The notes below the pieces were generated by a model, which saw nothing but the letters and a program-made list of their open reading frames with translations, was not told the origin of the DNA and did not search any database. Below are positions 52,579 to 61,500 of a stretch of 64,000 nt of DNA, in pieces. The stretch is from an uncultured Verrucomicrobiota bacterium (GTDB lineage Bacteria > Verrucomicrobiota > Verrucomicrobiia > Limisphaerales > CAZVRY01). The number at the start of each line of letters is the position of its first letter. Position 1 is the stretch's first letter. The stretch is taken from contig CAZVRY010000001.1 in the NCBI GenBank assembly GCA_964629545.1, forward strand, positions 27,305 through 91,304, read 5' to 3'. The translations under genes were made by a program, and so were the position numbers.

Positions 52579-53736
52579 ATGAACCCCTTCGACCGGGCCC
52601 ATCGCCCATCCACGGCCTGCATCCATGCCGGCACCCACTTGGACACGGTGACCGGCGGTGCCTGCAGTCCGATTTTTCCTTCCACCGCCTACACCTTCCC
52701 CAACGCCGCCCAGGAGAACTTTTACCCGCGGTACTTTAACACCCCCAACCAGCGCGTGATCGAGCGGAAGGTGGCGGCGCTGGAGCATGGCGAAGCGGCT
52801 CTGGCTTTGGGCTCGGGCATGGCCGCGATCACGACCCTGCTCATCGCGCACCTGAAACCGGGCGACCACGCCGTTTTCCAGGCCGACCTCTACGGCGGCA
52901 CTTTCCTCTTTACGCAGGAGTTGAAGCGGCTCGGCATCGGCGTCTCCTTCGCCCGCACCCGCGATGAATTCGTCGCCAGCTTACGACCGGAAACCAAAGT
53001 CATTTACGTCGAGTCGCCGTCGAATCCGCTCCTCCGGGTGGTGGACTTGGCGGCCGTCGGTGAACTCGGCCGGGAGCGCGGTGTCCTGACAGTGGCCGAC
53101 AATACTTTCGCCACGCCCATCAACCAGAACCCGCTCGACCTCGGTCTCAACGCGGTGGTCCACAGCGGCACCAAGTACCTCAACGGCCACAGCGACCTGA
53201 ATGCGGGCGTCCTCGTAGCCTCGAGTGAGATCGTTCAACGCACGACTGAATTCGCTATCAACCACGGCGCGGTGTTGGACGCCCAGGCCTGCTCCTTGCT
53301 GGAGCGCGGGATGAAAACCCTGGCCCTCCGAGTCCAACAGCACAACCAGAACGCCTCCCGCCTGGCCGAGTTCCTCCTCCAACACCCCGCGGTAACCTCC
53401 GTCCATTACCCGGGGCTCGCTTGTCATCCTGACCACGCCGTCGCCGCCCGCCAGATGCGCGGATTCGGGGGCATGCTTGCTTTCGAACTGCGCGATGCCT
53501 CGCTGGCGGAGGCCGTGCTCAGGCGCTTTCGTCTCGTGTTGCCGGCCTTGAGCCTCGGGGGCGTCGAAAGCCTGGTCTGCCTCCCCAGCCGCACGTCGCA
53601 TCGCAAGCTGAGCCCGGCGGAACGGGAAAGCGCCGGTATCGGTGACGGTCTCCTCCGCGTTTCGGTGGGGGTTGAGGACTTGGAGGACCTGATCGAGGAT
53701 TTCACCGAAGCCCTCGAGGTGGCTGGGTGCTGCTGA
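52579..53736 (+). CDS. PLP-dependent Cys/Met-metabolism enzyme (cystathionine gamma-synthase / gamma-lyase / beta-lyase family)
   Basis: I trimmed the track ORF to the ATG at 52579 (385 aa, typical length). 'STACIHAG', 'YPRYFNTPNQ' and 'HSGTKYLNGHSDLNAG' (PLP-lysine motif S.TKY..GHSD), with the C-terminal 'LRVSVGVEDLEDLIEDF' signature. Confidence 0.85.
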   Translation: MNPFDRAHRPSTACIHAGTHLDTVTGGACSPIFPSTAYTFPNAAQENFYPRYFNTPNQRVIERKVAALEHGEAALALGSGMAAITTLLIAHLKPGDHAVFQADLYGGTFLFTQELKRLGIGVSFARTRDEFVASLRPETKVIYVESPSNPLLRVVDLAAVGELGRERGVLTVADNTFATPINQNPLDLGLNAVVHSGTKYLNGHSDLNAGVLVASSEIVQRTTEFAINHGAVLDAQACSLLERGMKTLALRVQQHNQNASRLAEFLLQHPAVTSVHYPGLACHPDHAVAARQMRGFGGMLAFELRDASLAEAVLRRFRLVLPALSLGGVESLVCLPSRTSHRKLSPAERESAGIGDGLLRVSVGVEDLEDLIEDFTEALEVAGCC

Positions 53737-53879
53737 CCCAGAGATTCCCTGCCCACTTGCCCCAACGGCGTGCTCTACACAATAGGCAAATCGGGTTCCC
53801 CTCCGACCTGCTCGGTGGGAAGTTCCGGCCACACTCTGTGATTCTCCATGAACCTGACCCACTGGAGGCACTCACCCAT

Positions 53880-54245
53880 ATGAAAATGACCGCTCGCACC
53901 GCTGCTCTCGCCATCGCCGGCCTCCTCCTGGCCGGCGGCGCAACCTTCATCCTCGGCCAGCGCGACCAACGCCTGGTCACCTGCCGTAATGCGATGTCCC
54001 ATATCGCCGGAGCTAAAGGCAGTCATGGGCTCGAACACCGTCTCGCGCCAGGAATCCGCGTCTCCTCACAAGCGATCTCCCCCCTCCTGGCGCGCGGCTG
54101 GGAAGGCCTCCGCTGCCCGTCGGGCGGCCAATACGACCCGGGACGTTTCACCGGAGACAAAGGAACCGGCGACGTCAGGCACGCCCCCTCGTGCAGCGTC
54201 CACGGATCCCTGGCCACGCTCGAGGCCGAGGTTCGCCGGCCGTGA
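53880..54245 (+). CDS. Small membrane-anchored hypothetical protein (121 aa)
   Basis: The ATG at 53880 gives MKMTARTAALAIAGLLLAGGATFILG (signal anchor). No family was recognised. The call rests on the ORF and the N-terminal hydrophobic helix only. Confidence 0.4.
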   Translation: MKMTARTAALAIAGLLLAGGATFILGQRDQRLVTCRNAMSHIAGAKGSHGLEHRLAPGIRVSSQAISPLLARGWEGLRCPSGGQYDPGRFTGDKGTGDVRHAPSCSVHGSLATLEAEVRRP

Positions 54246-54381
54246 CTGTTCCCGGGCGAGCTTTCGGCCCTGCCCCTGGCCTGCCTAACCCTGGCCGCCG
54301 GGATCGGCTTCCCTTACGCCCGAGACCGGAGGCGGGATACGTCGAATCGATAGACGGGAACGGCTCGGCCTGTTTGAACAT

Positions 54382-54417
54382 CGAAAAGAAAGTCGGCGGC
54401 TCTTTGCTAAGAGCCGC
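54382..54417 (-). terminator. Candidate intrinsic terminator on the minus strand
   Basis: The stem gcggctctt / aagagccgc is 9 bp and perfect, with a 4-nt loop. On the minus strand it is followed by CGACTTTCTTTTCG. No convincing minus-strand gene ends just upstream of it. Confidence 0.4.
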
Positions 54418-54497
54418 TACCCATCGCGGCGGTAGCGGCGTCTGGCGTATGCTGCGGTTTGAAACGGCTGAGCGAGTGCGGCTGGATCCACGGGACT

Positions 54498-54521
54498 GGA
54501 GAGCCTCGCTCTCCGCTTTTC
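54498..54521 (+). terminator. Candidate intrinsic terminator on the plus strand
   Basis: ggagagc-ctc-gctctcc is a 7-bp perfect stem, followed by gcttttc. It lies ~250 bp downstream of the small gene that ends at 54245. Confidence 0.35.
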
Positions 54522-54851
54522 GGACCCGACAGGACAAGAATGGTGGCTTGTGAATCTCATTATCTTTTGCTATCACGCAGCAATAGAACCGACCCGCCTC
54601 ATCGGCAAACCCCATCACGATACCGGAATCTGGCTCAGGAGCCTCGGCAACCGCCTGCGCGTGGGCCATTCGTCGAATCGCCAGCCTCGCTTCGAGCCGA
54701 GCCAACGATTCCCAAATGGACGGTCGAAGGAAGGCTTCTGCGACAAGCCATCGACTCCTGGTTCGGTCGGCCGTTAGTCGCCAGCACTGAACCTTCCGTA
54801 AGACCACCCCCCGGACCGCGGAGCTTCAACGCCGCGGTTTCAATTCGCACC

Positions 54852-57800
54852 ATGAAATCTTCCATCACTCCCCTGCTTGCTCTGGCCCTCCTTTGCCTGG
54901 GCCGCTTTGCCCTGCTGGCCCAGCCCGCTTCGCGCCTGGGCGACTTCAACACGATGTCCGCCGAATCTTCTTCTCTGCCCGGCCGGCCGCTGGCCGGGGA
55001 CCAGTTTGCCTTCGCGGGTGGCCTGGGGTTCTTCGTGGCCGATGACGGCGTGACCGGGCACGAGTTGTGGGTGACAGACGCCACCCTCGGCGGAACCAGG
55101 CTGGTCCGAGAGATCAGGCCCGGGTACACGACCCCAGGCACCGCGTGGGATCCGCGGATCGACCAACTCACGGCGCTCGGCGCCCGCGTTCTCTTCACGG
55201 CGGCCACCAAGTTCAACGGCAACGGCTGGAACGATCAGCTCTGGACGTCCGATGGCACGGCGGCGGGGACGATCCCGGTGAGCTATCCGAACCGAGATCT
55301 CGCGCACGCGGACAGCCTGGAAATTCTCGGCCACCGCCAGGGGCTCCGCGGCCCGCAACCCCAGGCCTTTGTGGCGGCGCGGTCCGGCGACTATGGCTAC
55401 GACCTGTGGCTCACCGACGGCCGGGCCGAGGGCACCCAGCGCCTCAGCCAGAGCACCCGACGCGAGGATGGCGTCGAGCGATCCAGCGCGGGCACCGCTG
55501 CGATGCTGGGGGACACGCTGATCTATGCCAGCTCGACCCGCGAACTCGGGGCCGAACTCTGGCGCTCGGACGGCACCCCCGAAGGAACCCGGCTCCTCAA
55601 AGACATCCGGCCCGGCCTGGAGGCGAACCCTGCTGGCGGCGAGCGCGGACGCAGTTCGTTTCCGAACGGCTTCGTCACCGCCGGCCCGCGGGTTTATTTC
55701 GTGGCTCAGACCGACGAAAACGGAACGGAACTTTGGTCCACGGACGGCACCGCCGCCGGAACGCGCCTGGCCCGTGATTTCTCGCCCGGCGAACTTGCTC
55801 CCGGCCAACCACGCCACAGTGACCTGTCGCTGGACAGCGCGGCGGAACTCGACGGCGAGCTACTTTTCACCGCCCCGCAAACCATCCTTCGCGATGGACA
55901 ACCGGTGGACGTCGCATCGCTGTGGCGGACGGACGGGACGGACGCCGGCACGCGATTGCACGCGTCGGAGTTCACCATCCACGCGCCGCCGGCGGCGGCG
56001 GGCGGCAAGGTTTGGCTGCTCGGCTACAACAACGCCGGCAGCGGCCTGTTCGTGGCCGACGCGAACGGGTTGCGCTTCGTGGATCAGGCGATGGAGCCGC
56101 TGGCCGGAGCCGGGAACCAGGTGTTCGCGATCAACCGCTGGGGCAACCTGCTCGTGGTGAACGCGGCGACCGAAGGGATCACAGGCGGAGGCACGTTCTT
56201 CAACTCGGAGACGGGCGAGAGCCACGAAGTGGACCGGGTCGGGCCGTTGACTTCGGAGCTCAGCCCGGGCACGCCCGCAACCTTCGCCGCCTTCGGCAAC
56301 CAACTCTTCTTCAGCCTCGACCTCGGGACGATCGGCCGCGAGCCCTGGACCTCGGACGGCACCGCCGCCGGCACGAAGTCGCTCAAGGACATCCACCGCG
56401 GCAATCTCGGCTTCCTCTATTCTTCGCCGCGTGACCCGGTTTTCATCAACGCTGGGAACCGTGCCTACTTCTTCGCCCAGTCGCACGATCCCAAAGTGGG
56501 CGACGCGTGCTGGGAAACCGCCGGCACGGCGGCCAGCACCCGCCGCGTCACCGGCGGGTTATTCAGCCCCGGCGCCAACCAAAACGCCCCGTGGGGCGCC
56601 GAGTTTGGCGGCGAGTTGTTCGTGAGCGGAGGCCAACTTGATGTCAACGAGCGGCTGTCCGACCTGGAACCGTATCGGGTGACCGCGGGCACGGCGACGC
56701 AGGTGCATGACCTCCATCCCGAGCCGAGCGACACCGAGCTGAACCGCAGTTCTGCGCCGGCAGCCTTGGTACAATCCGGCCCGTATCTCTATTTCGCCAC
56801 CGCCCTTGGCGAACTGTGGCGGACCGACGGCACGCCCAACGGCGCCCTCATGCTCGCCGAGTTCGGAAGCCAGGCACCGTTCGGACTGACGGATTTCCAT
56901 GGCATGCTTGTCTTCGTCGTCAACCACACCGACCCGGAAACTTCCGCCCAATCCATCCAGCTTTGGAAGTCCAGCGGCACCGCGGGCGGCACCGAATTCG
57001 TGGGCACGCTCCCCGGGTCGGCCACGCCTCCGCTGCAGGTGGTCGGCGATCGCGTGATGATTTTCGCGGATCCGGGTTTCTATGTCAGCGACGGCACGGC
57101 CGCGGGCACCGGCCCGCTCACGTTGCCGGCGGAGATCGGCACGATGCTGGGGTTCCATGGGCGCGACGGTTTTCCCGTGTTTCAGGGCCAACTCTGGTTC
57201 TCCGCCTCGGGCCGCAGCCAACTTCCCGGCGACATGGGCCTCTGGCGGACCGACGGCACCACGGGCGGCACGACCAAGATCCGGCCGCTGAACCAGGGCG
57301 TCCAGCTCTGGCAGGTGGTGGGCAACCGGCTCTATTTCACCAGCGAGCAAAACGTGCCCGACCCGGAGCCTAACCCTTTCCCGCTCTTCCTTGATTCCGT
57401 TGCGGAGATCTGGCGCACCGACGGCACCAGCGCCGGCACCGAACTCATCACCTACGACCTCTCCGAACGGAATGTCGTGCGGCGGATTTACGGGCTCGCC
57501 GCGGTGGACGACGTGCTTTACTTCGTCAAGGTGGAACCGGTTCACGGCGCCGAGCTTTGGCGCTGCGACGGCACGGCCGCAGGCACGGTGCTCGTCCAGG
57601 ACCTCGCCCCCGGCGTGAACTCGGGCTTCGACGTCAACGCGATGCAATACGGCTTCCAAACCGCTCTCGTCGGCGACCGATTCCTCTTCGCCGCCGAAGA
57701 TGAGCGCGGGGTGGACCCGTGGACGCTCGACCTCAACTCCCGCCACCTCGCTCCGCCCAAGTTCCAGCCGTGGCCCGCCGAGATCGTCACTTATCTCAAG

Positions 57801-58214
57801 GAACCCTTCTCGTTCTCGCCGACGCTCCAAAGCGGCGGACCCGCGAACTGGGCTGCGCACGATGTGCCTTCGGGCCTTGAACTTGACCCCAACACCGGCC
57901 AACTCTCCGGCCAGCCGACCTATCCCGGCACGTATCAGGTGACGCTTGACGCCGCGAACCAGGGCGCGACCGGGGTCATGCAATTCACCATGAAAGTGCT
58001 ACCGCCGCCCGTGCTGCAACCCGGTCTTTCGCCCGAAGGGTTGGCGCTCGCAGTCTATGGCGAACCCGGCCAGCGCTTCGACCTTGAGGCAACCACCGAC
58101 TTCAGGACCTGGAACAAAGTTCGAACCGATCTCGGCGTCGGGGACGCCCACACGATCACGTTCCCCGAAATGCAGGTCGGGCGCCTTAGCTTCTACCGCC
58201 TGCTGGTCCGCTAG
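54852..58214 (+). CDS. Secreted ELWxxDGT-repeat protein (1120 aa) with C-terminal Ig-like domain and PVC-type terminal beta-sandwich
   Basis: I trimmed the track ORF to the ATG at 54852 (MKSSITPLLALALLCLGRFALLAQP signal peptide). It has about 14 repeats of 'G.ELW.(S/T)DGT..GT.L(V/L)(K/R)D(I/L).PG'. Near the C-terminus 'PSGLELDPNTGQLSGQPTYPGTYQVTLDA' is a putative Ig/cadherin-like domain. It ends '...RLSFYRLLVR'. Confidence 0.85.
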   Translation: MKSSITPLLALALLCLGRFALLAQPASRLGDFNTMSAESSSLPGRPLAGDQFAFAGGLGFFVADDGVTGHELWVTDATLGGTRLVREIRPGYTTPGTAWDPRIDQLTALGARVLFTAATKFNGNGWNDQLWTSDGTAAGTIPVSYPNRDLAHADSLEILGHRQGLRGPQPQAFVAARSGDYGYDLWLTDGRAEGTQRLSQSTRREDGVERSSAGTAAMLGDTLIYASSTRELGAELWRSDGTPEGTRLLKDIRPGLEANPAGGERGRSSFPNGFVTAGPRVYFVAQTDENGTELWSTDGTAAGTRLARDFSPGELAPGQPRHSDLSLDSAAELDGELLFTAPQTILRDGQPVDVASLWRTDGTDAGTRLHASEFTIHAPPAAAGGKVWLLGYNNAGSGLFVADANGLRFVDQAMEPLAGAGNQVFAINRWGNLLVVNAATEGITGGGTFFNSETGESHEVDRVGPLTSELSPGTPATFAAFGNQLFFSLDLGTIGREPWTSDGTAAGTKSLKDIHRGNLGFLYSSPRDPVFINAGNRAYFFAQSHDPKVGDACWETAGTAASTRRVTGGLFSPGANQNAPWGAEFGGELFVSGGQLDVNERLSDLEPYRVTAGTATQVHDLHPEPSDTELNRSSAPAALVQSGPYLYFATALGELWRTDGTPNGALMLAEFGSQAPFGLTDFHGMLVFVVNHTDPETSAQSIQLWKSSGTAGGTEFVGTLPGSATPPLQVVGDRVMIFADPGFYVSDGTAAGTGPLTLPAEIGTMLGFHGRDGFPVFQGQLWFSASGRSQLPGDMGLWRTDGTTGGTTKIRPLNQGVQLWQVVGNRLYFTSEQNVPDPEPNPFPLFLDSVAEIWRTDGTSAGTELITYDLSERNVVRRIYGLAAVDDVLYFVKVEPVHGAELWRCDGTAAGTVLVQDLAPGVNSGFDVNAMQYGFQTALVGDRFLFAAEDERGVDPWTLDLNSRHLAPPKFQPWPAEIVTYLKEPFSFSPTLQSGGPANWAAHDVPSGLELDPNTGQLSGQPTYPGTYQVTLDAANQGATGVMQFTMKVLPPPVLQPGLSPEGLALAVYGEPGQRFDLEATTDFRTWNKVRTDLGVGDAHTITFPEMQVGRLSFYRLLVR

Positions 58215-58282
58215 GCCTCGTTTTCGGACGTCCGGTTCGATGGCGAAACGTCGCTCGATGAGATGCAGGCATCCAACCAACC

Positions 58283-58549
58283 ATGAGCGACGTCACGCAC
58301 CTCCTCGATCGCGCCCAACACGGCGACCCTTCCGCTGCGGGTAAACTCTTGCCGCTGGTTTACGAGGAATTGCGCCGCTTGGCCGCGCTCGATCCACGGA
58401 AGGCCGAGGTCGTGAAATTGCACCTGTTCACCGGGCTGCAAGTCCAGGAAGTCGCGACCGTCCTGGAGGCTTCGGAAAAGACCGTGCAACGAGACTGGAC
58501 CTTCGCCAGAGCCTGGCTGTCCCGGGAGTTGAAGCACGATCCGAACTAA
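58283..58549 (+). pseudogene. TIGR02999-type ECF sigma factor with a large internal deletion (88 aa; N-terminal ~33 aa joined to region 4)
   Basis: 'MSDVTHLLDRAQHGDPSAAGKLLPLVYEELRRLAA' is the family-typical N-terminus. It is joined directly to 'LDPRKAEVVKLHLFTGLQVQEVATVLEASEKTVQRDWTFARAWLSREL', the region 4 HTH. Region 2 (core binding and -10 recognition) is missing. Confidence 0.6.
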
Positions 58550-61500
58550 GGCTTCACGACTACGAGGCGGAAGAACCGCCTGAGCTGGGAGGTAGGCGCG
58601 GTTGTGAACACGTTGGTCGGCGCCGTCGCGGGCAACCCGTCGGCCAGGGTTTCGTACCCGCTCTCCGCCGAATCGGAAACCTGGACGCGATAGAGGCGCC
58701 CCGCCGCCGAGGGCCAGCGCAGTTCGCCCCGTCCATCGGCGAACCGTTCGATTCCTTGGATTCGCAAGACCGAAGCGGCACGAGTCGGATCAGTCCCCGC
58801 CACCCACTCCTGCCATGCCGCCAGACCGTCGCCGTCAGCATCGGCGAGTTCCGCCGCGTCGAAGGAGGGCGACGTCAGGCCGTAGAATCGCAGCCAATCG
58901 ATCGGTGTTCCGTGCGCGGCGAGCAGCGAATCGAACATGGCATAGAGGATCATAGGGGCATTATCCGTGAAGGTGGCTCCCGGGGCGTAACCAACGCCAT
59001 TCGAGTCAGACGCGGAGTTCCAGCCGACGAAGGCTCGGCCGTCCTTTGAGAGGTTTCCGCTGTTCGCCGCGAGAATCAGCGGGTACCCGTTGGTCTTGGT
59101 CTGGCTTAGGGGAACCCCGCCCGCGGTGGCGCCGTTTGCATGGTAGGTGATGGCGTAGGTCGCGAATTTCACCAGGCGGATGGCATCGAGATCCAGCAGG
59201 CCTTGGCCGGAAGGCTGCGTTCCCCCGATGTTCACGTCGATCTCGCCGACGTCATCGATCGGCATGCCGGTGAAGGCACTCAAGGGGAGCGTGATCCACT
59301 GGTATGTCCCGGTCGGGTTCCCGAGCAGCACCGGCTCGGTGCGCGTGGCGTTGTCCGCGTCTTTGAAGGCCACGGTGACGCTGGCGGGACCCGTGAGCCT
59401 GTAAGCGATTTGAATGGCGTCATAGGCGGCGAAGTTCCTGCCCAAACCATTGCCCATCCAGTTGTTCAGATTGAGTCCGAAGCCAGCCCACCACGACGAG
59501 AAATCGTAACTGAATCGGTAATGTTCGCGGCCTTCGTAGGGTTGGGCCTGGGAGAGCGCCATGGTTACTCCATTGGTCCAAGTGGCCAAAATGAGCGAGG
59601 CCGCATCCGTGAAAACATCGAGGTACTGATTCGGATCCTGCCCGGCCGTGACCCCGACCACGGCGACGGAGGTCGGGCTGACATTCCCGGCGACATCCAC
59701 GGCAACGACGGTGTAGGTGGGACGGGCATCCGGGGCCAACCCGGTGTCCGCGAATAGCGTTCCCGCGCTCGTGCCGGCCAGGACGCCGTCCCGGAAAATC
59801 TGGTAACCGCTCACCCCGTGATCGTCGGTCGAGGGCGACCAGGACAGGTTGATCTGCGTGCTAGTCACCCCGGTGGCGGTGAGATCTTGAGGCGCCGAAG
59901 GGGGCGTGTTGTCGGCGAGCCAAACCGCGTAAAGGGCGAGCGCGGCGTTCTCGGTGTACTGGGAGCCCTCGGCGAAGGCGGTCCCCGATCCATCAGCAGT
60001 CGTGTTCCAACCTGAGAAGTAGTAGCCGGCTCTCGAGAGATTCCCAGGGTTCCCTGCCAAAATCAGGTTGAGGCCATGGGCCTTGGACTGGTTGGCCGGT
60101 GGCGTGCCACCGGTCGCGGCGTTGGCGTGATACGTCACCGGGTAACTCGCCATCCTCACCAGGCGAATGTTGTCCAAGTCCAACACCCCTTGCCCGGCCG
60201 GCCCGAACCCGTTCAGGTGGACGTCAATCTCGCCGATATCGTCCAGCGGTATGCCAGTGAACGCCGTGAGCGGAATCGTCACGACTTGGTAGATCGGCGT
60301 CGCAATCCCGAGCGGAACCGGGACTGTTCTGCTGGTGTTGTCGGCATCCACCAGGACCAGGTTGGCGGCGACGTCGCCCGTGAGCTTGTAGGCGAGTTGG
60401 ATCGCGTCGTAGGCGGCGAAGTTCTTGCCCGTGCCATTCCCGCTCCAGTTGATCAGATTTAAGCCGAAACCGTCCCACCAGTTGGCGAGGTCGTAGGCGT
60501 ACCGATAGTGCTGCCGACCCTCGTGCGGCTCGACCTGGGCGATCACCAAGGTGCCTCCACCCGGCCAGGTATCCTGGATCATCGATGCGGTGTCGGTGAA
60601 GATGTCCAAGTATTCGTTGGGGTCCCAGGCCGCGGTGGTCCCGACGACCGGGGCGGATTCCGGGCTGACGTTTCCGGCGAGGTCCACGGCCCGAACGGTG
60701 TAAACATAGTGGCGATCGGGCAACAATCCCGTGTCGATGAACGTTGTCGTGAAACTCGTGCCGGCGAGGAAGCCGTCCCGGAAAACCCGGTAGCCGTTCA
60801 GGCCGTAAAGATCGGTGGAGGGCGACCACGCGAGTTCAATTCGATTGGTGGAGGCCCACAACACCTGGAGGGCGCTCGGTGGGGAAGGTGCGGTGACGTC
60901 GAGAATCCACCGGGCATGAAGGGTGACCGCGGCGTTGGCGGTGTAGGGGGCGCCGGCGGCGTAATCGATCCCCGAGCCGTCCGGGACCGTGTTCCAGCCG
61001 GCGAACCCGTGACCGGGCCGCACCAACTGGCCGTCATTGGAGGCGAGGATCAGCGGCACGTCGTGCGTCTTCGTCTGGGAAGCCGGCGCGGAGCCTTCGG
61101 TGGCGCCGTTGGCGTGGTAGGTGACGGAGTAGGTGGGGACCGCGCGCCACTTCGCGTGGAGGGCCAAAGGCGCGTTCCCGAGATACGATGCGCCGGGGGC
61201 GTAGTCGATGCCGGTGCCGTCGGGCGCCGTGTTCCACGCGTCGAGGACGTAGCCGGTCCATTCGAGTTGGCCGCTGTCGGACGCCATCAGTTCCAGGGCG
61301 ACGTCGTGGGTTTTGATCTGATTGGCGGGCGTGGAGCCGCGCTCGGCGCCGTTGGCGAAGTAGGAAACGGGATAGGTGACCGGGCCCGCGGTCTTGGTAA
61401 TGGCATAGAGATAGCCGTAGAGCGCCTGTTTGCCGCGCATCGTTTGCTGCGGGGTGAATTCGCTGTGCGCCCATACGTAGCGCGTGTTGAAGAACAATTC

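Noticed and set aside
54175-54807. A 210-aa minus-strand ORF in the gap before the ELWxxDGT gene.
   Set aside because: It overlaps the 3' end of the plus-strand gene at 53880..54245 and reads through a strong minus-strand terminator-like hairpin. It has no recognisable family. A short real gene within its upstream part cannot be excluded.
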